The notes under the pieces are model-generated. The model did no database searches. It had not been told where the DNA came from and saw nothing but the letters and a program-made list of their open reading frames with translations. Shown here piece by piece: positions 50,886 through 64,000 of a DNA stretch of 64,000 bases. This DNA is from Negaprion brevirostris. Lineage: Eukaryota. Where the stretch lies: the NCBI GenBank assembly GCA_030324005.1, contig JARDVH010000110.1, positions 2,571,080 through 2,635,079 of the forward strand, read 5' to 3'. The translations under genes were made by a program, and so were the position numbers. The number at the start of each line of letters is the position of its first letter. The first letter of the stretch is position 1.

Positions 50886-53254
50886 CTTCCAACGAAATAA
50901 CGTGCAAACTCCATACAGTCACCCAAAACTGGAATTGAACCCGGCTCCTGACGCTCTAAGGCAGGAATTCTAACAGTTGTTGTACCGTGCTACCCTTTCT
51001 GTCGTTCCTTCCATCAACATGTACAGTTTTGTTATCTCCAAACAAAATTCTGCTAATTTGCCAAATACTTTTTAATATTTCCATCAAACCTCCCTCTCAA
51101 CTATGAAGAACATCTTTTCCCGTATATTTACGTCACTAATACTGGTCATCCCTGAAATATTTCTTGTGCATCTATTCTGCACTCTTTCCAGCACATTCAA
51201 ATCGTTCCTAAAATGCAACATCCTGAAGTTGAGGCAAAAACTCAACAAAACCTCCTACCATTTGTATATTTGCAAGTACTAGTAACCGCTATCCAAACCC
51301 GCCAAACAACTTTCAACGATGATGCGCGTTTTCCGATTATTAGATCCCCTTTACAACTGTAACATTTAAGCTTTACGGTTTATCCCACCTCTTCCTAAAC
51401 AATGAAACACTTTACACTTCTTTGCATTGTACGTTATGTTCTATGTGTTCTCTCATTTCACCAACGTCTCAATGTTCACTTGAATATTTGTACTATTTCC
51501 TCACAGTTTACAATGGGTCCACGTTACCCGACAGATCCAACTATCGAAGAAGAGTCCTGCCTGTACACGAATGGCGAACTCCGTAATTTCTAAGCAGGAT
51601 GCAATACAAATACTTTCCAGAAGGCCTGTAGACCCTTTTGTGTAGATAGACGTACATTGTATTTCGGGAGGGAATGCCCGGATTTAAACCTGCAACACTG
51701 AAGGATCGGCAATAGATTGCAAAGTCAGAATGGTAAATGGCTTGGAGGCGACTTTGTAGGTATTTTTTCGATGCACTTGCTATCCTTTACCTGGATAACT
51801 CCATGACGCAGACGAGGTTTGTTGGTTCTTCTGAGAGAGTCAGAGACGAAGCTCATGAAGAAAGTCGGTTGACTTGGGTGAGTTGTCGGGGAGGGGTGGG
51901 GGTGTGATTGGAGGGGCGGAGGGTGGCGGTGGTTGGAAGGAGCCTAAGTGAATGTAAGGGTTTGCAGAGAAATGTTTTTTTTTGCTTAAACAAGGAATAT
52001 GCATGTCATTCGTCCGCGAGCCTGTTCCGACATTACACATAATGATTACTGGCCTGCTATTTTTACTTTTTGTGATCACTCATGAGTATGATTGTCAACC
52101 TAAGAAAATTCTATGTTACAGGTTATGGGTCCTTGCCCGGCTCATGATCCTCATCTTGGAGCCGCATCGTTGACTATTCACTCGGCAGATATATTCCGGG
52201 AAGTGGGTCTGACCCACTGGAACTGAAAACTAACAACAACACTGAGTAACTGTCCTCTGGATTGTGGGAATGTGGAGTTAAGAATAGACAGTAAGCAAAT
52301 TGCGAATGAACAATAACAGTAGCGAATCAGAAGTTAGTTGAGAGGAAGGTCCATATGAAATTATAAGCAGTAGGGAAGCTGCATTGGGTAAATTGAGGTG
52401 ACGAGTCTTCCGGTCCTGATGGATTTCATACTGACGCCTTAACATATTTGGCTAATGGGATATCAGATCATTTATTAGAGAAAATCCTTCACCTAAATAG
52501 TGTTGAGCTTATCGAATTAATTACCACAGAAAGTTGTTGATGCCAAAACATTAAATGTATTCAAGAGACGGCCAATTATAGCTCTTGCGGTGCATGTCAT
52601 CAAAGGTCCAGGGGTAAAAACAGGATTAGGAGTTGGAAGATCAGCCATGATCGTGATGAATGGCGGAGCAGTTTGGAAGGGATAAATAGCCTTCTCCTGC
52701 TCCTAGATTTCTATGTTTCTATGTTGGATGCTTTGTCCTGTAAAGTCCCTTGTTTATAGACGTTCAAATAAAAGTTTCGCCCCAAATATGATGATTACTG
52801 GCCAAATCAAAGCAACTAATTGGCTTTAAATTGCTCTGGGTTAACGAAATGTGCTATATCAATTCGCCTTGTGACGATTAATGAGTTTCTCATCTTACTA
52901 ATTTGATTGACTGGTCACTGCCATAATGAATTGGCATATAGTTGCAGAGTCCAATTCTCACACAGTGACAAGAGAGAAAAAGATATACAATCGATTTTTC
53001 TGATGTTATTCAGAGAAGGAACTCTGTCATTATNNNNNNNNNNNNNNNNNNNNNNNNNNNNNNNAAATAAATGTAATTTACTTCTAACTACCCTCTGCAC
53101 ATAACTACAATCCCACACGGCTCAGGGGAAATTAGGGATGGACAACAAATGTTGTATTTTTCAGTAATGCCCACGTGCTGAGGAGTAATAAATAGATAAG
53201 GTCCAGAATATTTTTTTTACACATTTAATTGGTAGAAAGATGTTTTGGTTTGAA

Positions 53255-53712
53255 CACCAACACGTGCACTCATTCACCCAAGACCGCAAGAAACTACAAA
53301 GGGTCATGAATGAAGCCCAGTCCATGATGTGAAACAGCCACCCATCCATTGATGTTGTCTACACTTTCTGCTGCCTCGGAAAATCAGCCAGCATAATCAA
53401 GAACCCGATGCACCCCGGACATAATCTTCCACTATATTCCATCTGGGAAAAGATACAAAAGTCTCAGGTCAGTACCAACTGCCTAAAAAAAAGCTCCTTC
53501 TCTGCTGTCACCAAACTTTTGAATGGATCTTCCTTGTGTTATGTTAAGGTTTTCTTCCACCCTAGCTATGAGTGTAACATTACATTCTGCACTCCCTCCT
53601 TTCTTTCTCTGTGAACTGTGTGCTATATCTGTATAGAGCGCAAAAAAAAAATACTTTTCACTGTATGCAAATACATGTGACAATAATAAATCAAACCAAA
53701 TCAAATCAAATA
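53255..53712 (+). mobile_element. Rex1/Babar-like LINE 3' end
   Basis: QDRKKLQRVMNEAQS..., aataataaatcaaaccaaatcaaatc tail; truncated paralog at ~61770-61900. Confidence 0.6.
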
Positions 53713-54399
53713 CAATGATTGTATTTATCACAAGTATCCACCTCCTTGTTTTCTATTTTTCTGCTGATATACAGCTACTTCTTACTTATATAATAAATCT
53801 AATCAAATGAAAACAAAGTATCATACCTTGTTGAGATGGAACGATATCACTGTTCATTTATTGCCTTTGAGACTCATGCCTGGTCCAACCTTGTTGACAG
53901 TAATGCATTCTGCTTGCACTTCATGGACTCCAAAGGTTCATCAGATAGCTCACCCACAACTTCTGGGGTCAGTTTGATATGACCATCAAAATGGTGCCTT
54001 GCCAGGGACACCAAGATTCAATGAAAAGTTGAAGGAAAATCTCGCAATAGAGATGTTCATTCGGCCCAAAGTAATTCTGACAACTGATTAATGATGTGGC
54101 CTGTTCGTCTCACCTCTCCTATATACTCATAGCCGGAAATTGCACGTTCAAGTATTTTCCCAGTGTGTTTCAAAAGTTACTGTGTTTCTATAACCATTGA
54201 TCTCTAAGAACCTCCACCTTTTTTTTCTGATTTTGTTCTTTCATTTGTGGATCCGATGATATCAATGCTGCATATGAGAACATAGCGCTGCCCCCTCGCC
54301 ACCCCCACCCCCAACCAAAAAAAAAATCCATGGAAACATTAACAGAGTTTTCCATTTCAAAATTTAGCTTAGTGACGTACTTATATGGATGGGACATAA

Positions 54400-55400
54400 A
54401 GCCAATAAGGCCTTCTGGGGCAAGAGGTCATAGCTTTAGGATGAGGATTGGCAGGTTTAAAACAGATGACAAGTAATTACTTGTCTCAAAGGGCTGTGAA
54501 TCTCTGGAATTCGCTACCCCCCAAGTGTGGTGCGTGTCGGTGCATTGGGCAAATGTAGGTATGTCGTGAACAGAGTGTGCATTACTAAGTGTTTGAAGGG
54601 TTATCGTGAGCCGGTTGCAATGTGGTGTAGAGGTCAAAATGACATCAACCATGATCGTACTAAGTGGTGAAGCAGGTTCGAGGAGCTGAATTGTCTATTC
54701 CGACTCCAAGTTCTTCTCATTCGCAAATTATTATCGCACCTATTTTAGTGCCAGCTGCAACTTTGGCTCTGATAATTATATAACTGAGTGTTTAATATGG
54801 ATTGTAAATAATAGGGGCCCAATGACAGAACCTGTGGCTCCCCACTAGTTACAACTTGCAATGCTGAGAAATGCCCATTGATCTCAAGTCTGTGTTATCG
54901 ATTGGTTAGCCAGTCCTCTCGCTGAGGTAATAATTTGCCACTAACCCCAAGTGTTCTTACTTTTCATGTTAGCATTCATTCTTTTTTTTTCCTTTCATCA
55001 TTGAAGGACTCCAGGAGATTAGTAAAACACAACTTCCTATTCTTAAAACCCTCCTGACTGATGGATTGCGTTTGACTTTCCAAATGCTCTGTTATTACGT
55101 CATTAAACATGGATTCTAACAAGTTGCCGATAACAGATGTCAATCTAGCTGGCCTATAGATTTCTACATTCTGCTTCCTCCGCTTTTGAATGAGGNNNNN
55201 NNNNNAGCATTCTTCCAATCTATTGGAACCTTCTCTGCATCCAGGAAATGTTGCAGTATCGTAACCAATGGATCCATTACCTGTGCTGCGACACGAATAA
55301 AAACAATAGGATGGAGGCTACCAGGTCCCGGGAACGTGACGATCTCCATTTCCCAATCGTTTGCTCAACACATGTTTTTTTCCGATTCGCTATGAAAATT
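54400..55400. mobile_element. CR1 3' end (+) followed by CR1 RT relic (-); paralogous to ~30970-32250
   Basis: ORF 54976-55218 IYRPARLTSVIGNLLES...GFKNRKLCFTNLLESF. Confidence 0.75.
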
Positions 55401-56103
55401 CTAAGATCCTTCCATTCTGTACATCATGCTATTTCCATGCATCTGCTGCCTTTGCCCGCCGAGACTATATAAATGCATAGGCCGATTGAATTGCGGGTTA
55501 GAATTATAGCTTTAGACGTAGAACTGCGAAGGGAAGCTAGAGGAAGCTGCAAAATAGCATGGGTTCGCTAGACTTTGCAGAAGGTTGTTTGTCACAGTAT
55601 ACTCCTTATCTGTGGGCTGGAAGTTAACACAAGAGCGTTGAACGAATTTAGTTATGTGTAGAGGCTCACTGGCCTGGCAGTGTTTTTCATTGAAAAGGAG
55701 ATTGAGCAAATTTGGTACAGACATTGAAAATTTTAAGCCGTTTTGCTCACAAAATTAAGGATTAACTGTCCTACTGAGAGAGAAACATAATTTCATGCGA
55801 TTTCCTAGATAATTTTAGTCAACGGACTTGACACGTGTTGTAATGAGTCACGCGTGCTGAGATGTATGTAACGTCTGGATGAGGTTGAGATACATCCTGC
55901 TGGAAACCGTTCTTCATCAGTTATCCAAGCTGAGTTTACTCTTTACCGATTGGGCAACAGGATCACCAGGGATGGGATAATTTCTCCTCTGATCGCATAT
56001 TTAATTTCAAAAACCACAGGAACTGAAAACCCCCCAACTGAATGAACCATTGACCTGCTGACTTAATTTTTCGACCCTGTCGCCCAGACTGATGGGCACT
56101 CAC

Positions 56104-56187
56104 CCTGAATTGTCTTACTATCATCTGCTGTCGGTTCCATAGATTGGCAGGCAGGAAACTACATGGGGCTTCCACGTTGTCTCCAGT
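56104..56187 (-). CDS. Candidate first coding exon, copy 2 (ATG at 56140; MEPTADDSKTIQ + phase-1 donor)
   Basis: tttgttcag acceptor, G|GTGAGT donor; paralogous to 48055-48148 with frame kept. Confidence 0.6.
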
Positions 56188-56376
56188 CTGAACAAACACC
56201 AAACTGATAGGATTCCTGGCCAGCTATTTCCCATTCCATGAACTGACTTTTTTCCCTTGATTCACTGATTTATTAACCACAAAGTACAGCATCGAGCTTT
56301 TACTTAATTCTGAGCAATCGTAACACAAAAGCCAATGCATTTGAAAACAGAACAAATATGTACCATCTTTTAATAA

Positions 56377-57076
56377 AATGACATAGATAAGCTCCAGAGC
56401 TGGGCTGAGAGGTGGCAAATGGAGTTTAATGCGGAAAAGTGTGAGGTGATTCACTTTGGTGAGTGTAACAGGAGTACAGCATATAGGGCTAATGGAAGGA
56501 CTCTTGGTAGTGTCGACGAGCAGCGAGATCTCGGTGTACATGTACATAGATCCCTGGAAGTTGGCACCCAGGTCCATAAGGTTGGTAAGGTGGCGTATGG
56601 TGCTTTTATTGGTAGAGGGATTGAATTTCGGAGCCGTGAGGTCAAGTTGCAACTGTACAAAACTCTGGTGCGGCCGCACTTGGAGTATTGCGTACAGTTC
56701 TGGTCGCCACATTATAAGGAGAATGTGAAGGCATTGGAAAGGGTGCAGAGGCGGTTTACCAGGATGTTGCCTGGTATGGTGGGAAGGTCTTATGAGGAAA
56801 GGCTGAGGGACTTGAGGCTATTTTCGTTAGANNNNNNNNNNNNNNNNNNNNNNNNNNNNNNNNNNNNNNNNNNNNNNNNNNNNNNNNNNNNNNNNNNNNN
56901 NNNNNNNNNNNNNNNNNNNNNNNNNNNNNNNACTTTAAGGGCGTTCAAATGGTCAGTGGATAGGCATATGGATAGCATTGGAATAGTTTAGGTTAGAGGG
57001 TCATTAGAATGGTTCCACTGGTCGGCGCAACATCGAGGGCCGAAGGGCCTGTACTGCGCTGCAATGTTCTATGACA
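56377..57076 (+). mobile_element. Relatively young 5'-truncated CR1 insertion
   Basis: ORF 56419-56991 MEFNAEKCEVIHFG...LYKTLVRPHLEYCVQFWSPH...ERVQRRFTRM; absent at the paralogous site ~48345; atgaca on both flanks. Confidence 0.92.
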
Positions 57077-60000
57077 GTCCCAAACAGTGATGTCTTTGAC
57101 TCTGTGGGAAAATCAGCGGGCACGTAAATCAGCGTTTTAGACTAAGGATCTGAGATGAAATGCTTGTAAGATCACATTTGGTTTACTGATGATCTTCGTG
57201 GAAATAAACATGCTTAGTTACATGTGAATCCATAATGTCATGAAAGCCAATGGAAATTAGAGATGAGCAGCAGCACAAAGTCTGGGCTGGAAAACAATAG
57301 CCAGATGCTATGACAGAATAAGTAAACAAAATATTAAGCCATTGAAATCATCATGTCGGTGCTAATTATCTTTGAGCATTCAGTAATTATTCACATGATC
57401 TTGCTCGATTCCCAAAAGGCTTCAAATTCCCTTTGGAATGTTACTATTAAAATTGCTTGCACAATCATTTTGGGCAGTACATGTAAAATTCAAAGCTGTT
57501 CAATAAGGGGAAAACAACAGCTGGTGTTCGTTGAACTGCGAGAATAGAAATTCGATAATTGCGCAGCCCCGAGGGAAATTTACTGGAAGTAAAATCGATG
57601 AAGGCAATGTGCATGATTTCCAGCAGGCGGCGCTAGTATAAAATGCCGCCCTACAAGACTATGGCTCAACACAAACATGGGGAGAGTGCGCTCACAGCTA
57701 TGCAATTTTACGTTGTCTATTTATGTGGTGGACGCTAGTCTGCATTTCCGCTTTCGAAATTCCATGCTTCGGTTTTGCTCTTAAGTCACGAAATAGCGTT
57801 TTGACCCCGTATACTTGTATTTTCGTGAAGGAGATATTTCAACTCGACGCTCCCTCTGATCTCAAGCTTGTTCGGCAGCATTCTGGAAAGGGCAAATTAC
57901 TGTGGCTGAGAACTCAGTGCTCTTACATGGTGAAAACTTCACTCAAGTTTCCGTTCATTTCACAAAACCTGTCGTTGAAAAGCAAGTTACCGAAAGAAAA
58001 GAAACGCCCTTTTGGACGCGAACTGTGTCCGTCATTCGCCACTCGAGCCTCCCGTGACCCTTCTTTATCGAACATTGTCACGTACCGCCTAGGCCATTCA
58101 TCGTGCATTATAAGTCTTACGTTAAGCAAATTATCACTGGGCCAGAGACCCAAGTTAATGGGGTGTGGGATCGAATAATGCCACGGTGTTTAGTGACATT
58201 TGAATTCAATAAAAATCTGGAATTAAAAGTTCAACGATGACCAGGTAACTATTGCCGATTGTCGTAAAAACCTAGCGAATGCCATTGCTGGAAGTACATT
58301 TGCTTTCCTTATCCGACGGTCCTACATTTGACTCCAAGCCTACAGCAATGTTGTTGATTCTGAACAACCTCTCAGTTCAGGGGCAATTATGATTGGGCAA
58401 TAAATGCTGACCGAGGTAGAAATGGCCAAGGCCCGCGAAGGATTAAAAAAAACAACAGTCGTAGAGGAAATAGATCTTATTTTTTCCCGTTCTTTCACGT
58501 GAAAGGAGTCAGCCACTCCTGCAACAACCCCGTCATAAATCTACCCTTCCTGCAAGATACAAGACATCCTTTCATCATTTACTTTCTCACAGTATAACCA
58601 CGTCTTCTCAATCAGTTTTACACATGATTAACGACTATGACCGTGCTTTGCAAAATTACGGTCGCCTTCACAAAGATGTTTCATGGAAGATGCAATGCAT
58701 TGTTCTTCTCCACACTGAACGGCATAAGCGCTTGCCACACAGTTTAATATAGTAAATCAAATGTATATTTACGTGCTCGAATTGGCTTTACGAAAATTAT
58801 TCTTCGACTTACACGAGTCCCCATTTTCCTCAGTTTTACAAAATGCAAAAATTTGCAAAAACCTACTCTTGTCCAGGTTTAGAGAAGTGTACTTGGGAGT
58901 GCTACAGTGTGTAAACAACCGTACTGTTTCAGCCAGGAAGATGTGGGAATCGGCCGTAAGTGTCGGATGTGCGTAGATATACAATACTGCTTTGCTTTTG
59001 TAATTCTTTGCCAAATATATGTCACAGCTGTTTGTGTCGCAGAATGGATTTTTGTTTGTTAAAAGTTAATTTGATTACTACATGCTCCCAGGAAAATCTA
59101 TGCCCATCAGGATCATTTTCTTTCGTCTTTGCACACTTGCACTTGCCACGATTTTCAGACGAGGAGAAAATGTGGATTCTATGGCCACACATTCCATACT
59201 TTTTTTCTGCTGGATGAATGTCTCCTTGGAAAAGTTACTTGTTAAGTTATACCTTGTTCATTTGAAATCGGAGTGCGTCAGTGTTGACTCCCTTCTCCTG
59301 CACACCCACCGGAAGCGTGGCAGCTTATCAGCGCCTACTTCCACAATCACATAGAATCATAGAATTTTAGAGATTTTAAGGAGTCTAGTCGCCTCATCGT
59401 GTGTGTGCCAGATCTCTCACGGTGCATTGCCCCGAGCAGAAATTTCCCATCTTTTCTATGTAACAAAGCTCATTCCTTGGTTTCCGATATTAACCTAATT
59501 CTTCCGTAATCCCTGATAGAATCTGCCTCCACCGAACGCTCCGGCAATCCAGTGCAGAGTAGACAATGACCTGCGCGAAATGGCTCCCCGTCGTGCCTCG
59601 TTGCTACATTTTCCGTTGACGTCAATGCATAGAGTTCTTACAGTCCAGAAAAGCGTTGTTCGGCCCATCGTGTCTGCAAACACTTTCCGACAGAGCACCT
59701 TAATTAGGCAAAACCCTCGCCTTATCCCCGTAACTTCACGCATGTATCCTGTTCATTCCCGTATACTTCAACTGTTCGGGAAGCTACGGCGCAATTTATT
59801 ATGATCAGCATACCTAAACTGCATACCTTTGGACTGTGGGAGGAAACTGGAGCACCTGCAGGAAAAATCCACGCAAGCATGAAGAGAAAGTACAAACCTC
59901 TACACAGTCAACCAAGGCTGGAATCGGACCACGTTTTCTGACGCTCTGAGTCAGCAATTCTAATCAATGTTGCACCCTGCTGCCTTTGCTCTCGTTCCTT

Positions 60001-61269
60001 CCATCGAGATGTACACTTTTGTTATCTCCAAAGAATTCTGCTAATTTGACAAATGCTTTTGTATATCTTCAAACTTCTCTCTCACATATATTCTACGAGG
60101 CATTGACGCAATTGATGTTGCTCATCCCTGAAATATTTCTTGTGAATCTATTCTGGACTCTTTCCAATACACTCTACAAAGTGTAATATCCTGAAGCTGA
60201 GGCAGAAACTTAAAAGAACTTCCTAACACCTGTTGCTATGCTGCTACTAATAAAGCCTCGAATGAAATTTGCTTTAGTAATTGCTCTCCAAACCTGCTAC
60301 TTTCATTGACCACATTTTCTTTCCCTATTACTAGACGCCTTTACAATTGTGAACTTCAAGATTTACTGTTTATCCCACCTCTTCCTAAACAATGATTCAC
60401 TTCTCATTTCTTTGCATTGTATAGTATGTGCCATGTGTACACTCATTTCATCAACGTGTCTATGATCACGTGCATATTTGTACTATTCACCTTGAAGGTC
60501 ACAATGCATCCATGTTACCCATGTTCAAATGTTNNNNNNNNNNTGCCTGTTCACTGATATCGAACTGTTACATTTCTGCCCAAGATGCAATATGGACGAG
60601 CTGCCTTCCAAAAGGGCTTAGACTATTTTGCACAGGGAGGGAATATCAGGATTTGAACCTGCAAGACGGAAGGATCGGCAATAGATTTCAAAGTCAGAAT
60701 GGTGAGTGGCTTGGAGGCGACCTTGTAGACAATGTTTTTGATGAACGAGCTACTCCTTACTTTCCAGACCGGATAACTTCATCATGCACACGAGGATTGT
60801 TGGTTCTTCTGAGAGAGATAGAGAAGGAGCTAAGGAAGAAGGCTGGTTGGATTAATGCGTTGTAAGGGGAGGGGGAGATGGGTGTGGTTTGCGGGGTGTT
60901 GTTGGAAATAGTCTAAATTAATGCATGAATTTGAGGAGCAATNNNNNNNNNNNNNNNNNNNNNNNNNNNNNNNNNNNNNNNNNNNNNNNNNNNNNNNNNN
61001 NNNNNNNNNNNNNNNNNNNNNNNNNNNNNNNNNNNNNNNNNNATGGTTAAGGGCCGGGGTGGGTGGAGGGGTGGGGGGGGGGGGATTGGAATTAGACTAT
61101 TGAACTTGACGAAATGTCATGATCATGGTGAATGGTGGAGCAGGCTCGAAGGTCAAAAGGCTCCCTCCTGCTACTACCTTCAATGTGTCCAAGTTCCTAT
61201 GGTAGATGTTTTTGTCATGTAAGGTCCCATGCTTCGCCACAAATTGGAAGATTACTGACAAATCAAAAT

Positions 61270-61327
61270 GAACCAATGTGTTCTAAAAGGAACCAAAGTG
61301 TTCCAAAAGGAACCAATGTGTTCTAAA
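61270..61327 (+). repeat. 20-bp tandem repeat, 3 copies (gaaccaatgtgttctaaaag)
   Basis: Direct inspection. Confidence 0.85.
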
Positions 61328-61424
61328 TGGCTTTGGGATCACACAATGAGCTTTATCAATGCAAGTATATCCCGAATTATCATTCACCTTGTGTTGATTT
61401 TCGTGTTTCTCATGTTACTGATTT

Positions 61425-61700
61425 GATCGACTGGTCACTGCCATTAAATAATTTGCATTTGCAGAGCCGAATTCTCACACAGTGAACAGAGAAAAGGAAA
61501 CACAATCGACTGTTCTGTTGTTATTTAGAGAGGAAATCTGCCATTATTACCTGACCTGGCCTACATGCGACTCCAGATTCAAGTAAATGTAATTATATTT
61601 TAACTGCTCTCTGCACATGCCTAGGAACCCACACACCTCAGGGAAATTTAGGGATGGGCAACAAATGTTGCCCTTTTCAGTAATGTCCACATGCTAAGGA
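61425..61700 (+). mobile_element. Shark SINE/L2-tail repeat (other copies ~21914-22075 minus, ~49600-49810, ~52905-53180, ~58185-58440)
   Basis: aggaaatctgcc...tggcctacatgcgactccag...ttagggatgggcaacaaatg motif recurs. Confidence 0.6.
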
Positions 61701-61904
61701 GAAATAAATAGAATAAAGTCATGTGTATATAATTTTAATCAGTTAAACAAAAAAAAAACACTGTGGTGGAATGATTTCTTGGTTTGTAATCATCTACCCA
61801 AAACCGCAAGGAACTACAAAGGGTTGTGAATGAAGCCCAGTCCACGATACGAAACAGCCTCCCATCCATTGGCACTATCTACACTTCCCGCTGCATCTGA
61901 AAAG

Positions 61905-64000
61905 CGACATTATAACTTTTCAATAGGAATACATAGACCAGGTGTACAGAGTCTGTATTGTGTAACCACAAGAAGCCGTGTCTGTTTTGTAAGTAGCAGG
62001 CATAATCCATTGATGAAATGAAGATCGTCAACATTGTAACTGTGGAAATGGAATGTAGACAACCAGAACAAAGTCATTATTGTAATTTTGCACCAGTAAT
62101 GTAAAGGCATACTGAATCGAGGCAGTATTGTAACAGTGCAAGCACAATGCATAGGCCCACTTAAAGGGTCAGTTTTGTAACTGTGGACTTGCGACAGGTA
62201 AATATACTAAACGGTGTCAGTATTGTAGCTGTAGAATGTGTGGAGTTACTGTTGCCACTGTGTAACCAAAATGCATATATACATTGTACAGAATCAGTAT
62301 TGTAACTACGTAACCGGACAATGCAGACACAGTGTAAAAGAATGGAACTTTTTAAAACGAAACATAGATATACTGAATAGGTATATTATCACTGCGGTGC
62401 AATAGAAAAGCATAGAGACACTGAGACAATGAACAGAGTCTGCATTGAAACAATTAAACAGCAATGCATCGGCGCATTGAAGAAAATCAATATCAGATAA
62501 AAAGAAAGAAATGCACACAATAATTTGCCTGTGACCTATTAGTAACCATACAAAAGAACTCAGGCTCAGTACCGATGTCATGGAACAGATATATTTAAAC
62601 ACACGAACAGAGTCAGTATTTAACGGTATTATTTACTGGTAATAACCAAAGGATCCACATTATGCAAACTGCAACAAGATTACATGTGCGATCTGAAAAC
62701 AATTCATATTCTTAACATGCAAGGTGACTGCACAGACAGACTAAACTATGCCAGCATTTCAAATGAACAAAAATAATTCATACTCACATTACACAGAGTC
62801 ACTGTAGTCATATCGAAACAGCATTATATAGACACATTGTCATCAGTCACCACAATGACATTGGAAGTGGAATGCATCGACGCATCTTACACAGATATTA
62901 TAGAAAATGCGCAACAGGAAAACAGACCCATCGCACAGAATTAACAGGTAAACAATGGAACAGGAACAGTAGGAGAGTCAATGTTACAGTTAAAATGTTA
63001 TAGTTGCACATTGACACACTGTATCCGTCAGTAACTGAAACAGAAATACATTGGCACAGTAAAAGTAGCCATGAAAGCAACTGCACAAAAGGCAGGCATG
63101 GTCATACTAGAATATAAATTTAAGAAACTGATTACAATCAGCAAATAAACTGCGGAACTAGAATACAAAGACTCGATGTACAGATTGAATGTAAGAACTG
63201 TGCCAAGGGAATGTGTCGACACAAATAAGAAACTTGATATTCGAATAAGGGAAAAAAAAAGGTGCATAGAAAAATCCAGGTATTAGTTTTATCTATACAA
63301 CGGGAATCAGCTCTCTAACAGAATCAGTGCAGGCGTCGTGCAATTGGAATATATAGAACGACTTTACAGAGCCAGTATTGTGATTGTGTAACCTGGGATA
63401 CATAGGCACACTGAAAAGGGGCAACATTTTAACTATGCAACCGGAATGCATAGGCACAGTCACGAGACTTTGTAACTGCAACGGAGGCAAACTGGACACG
63501 TTCAATATCCGATATGTGCAATGGGAACACCTAGACAGGGATAGAACAGTATGGGTTTTGTAATGTGCAAAAGGAATGCAGAGACGCATTGAACAGTGTT
63601 TATCTTGTATTTTTGGAACTAGAATACATGGAGACGCTAAAAATATTCAGTGGTGTAAACGTGGAATTGCAATACCTAGGCAAACTGAACAGAATCAGTT
63701 CTGTGACTGTGCAACCTGAAAAGAGAAAGTATTGCTTCTGTGAAAGTGGGATGCATAGACACGTTGAACAGAGTGAGTATTGTAACCGTGTAACATTAAC
63801 GCATAGACACATTGAATAGAATCATAAAATTGGAGCTGTGGAAATAAAACACAGACACTCTGAACACAGCCAGCAATGTAACATTGCAACCGTAATGCAT
63901 AGACCCGTTAAACAGGTTTAGTATTATAACTGTGTCACCAGAATACACAAAAACATTGAACAATCTCAGTGTTGAAGCTGGGCAACCACAATGCATCCAG
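61905..64000 (-). repeat. Same ~48-bp satellite in inverted orientation
   Basis: Reverse-complement monomers; specific matches such as 45241 tgttcagtttgcctaggtattgc with ~63668-63691. Confidence 0.85.

Larger units (their letters stand above)
47590..61900 (+). repeat. ~6 kb direct segmental duplication (47590-53400 and 55600-61900)
   Basis: Collinear anchors ctgtcgcccagactgatgggcactcac (48028/56077), ccacgattttcagacg (49841/59146), ttatcccacctcttcctaaacaatga (51379/60370). Confidence 0.92.

Noticed and set aside
56224-56712. 162-aa minus-strand ORF
   Set aside because: Antisense shadow of the CR1 RT insertion
57723-58178. 151-aa ORF in duplicate copy 2
   Set aside because: Not open in the paralogous region ~49070-49430 and no recognisable domain

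Overview
Eukaryotic, repeat-dense draft sequence with many N gaps. The repeat content (HE1-type SINEs, abundant CR1 and L2 LINE relics, a Rex1/Babar-like tail, a Gmr1-type Gypsy relic) points to a cartilaginous fish (shark/ray); that assignment is inferred. The one clearly recognisable host gene is a minus-strand ARTC-family (ecto-ART-like) R-S-EXE ADP-ribosyltransferase catalytic exon at 39235-40018, carrying one frameshift. Its candidate upstream exons encode no signal peptide. It lacks the usual ecto-ART cysteines at three conserved motifs and ends in a polybasic, Cys-rich CaaX-like tail instead of a GPI signal, suggesting a possibly intracellular, membrane-anchored ART. The rest is built from old segmental duplications: about 7 full or partial copies of a multi-kb unit at 0.2-21.4 kb (one inverted) sharing a conserved 36-nt exon-like module, and a ~6 kb direct duplication (47.6-53.4 / 55.6-61.9 kb) in which each copy carries a paralogous first coding exon. 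That duplication is bracketed by inverted blocks of a 48-bp satellite. A 97-bp-arm hairpin lies at 32.8-33.0 kb. Repeat boundaries are approximate and were judged by eye.
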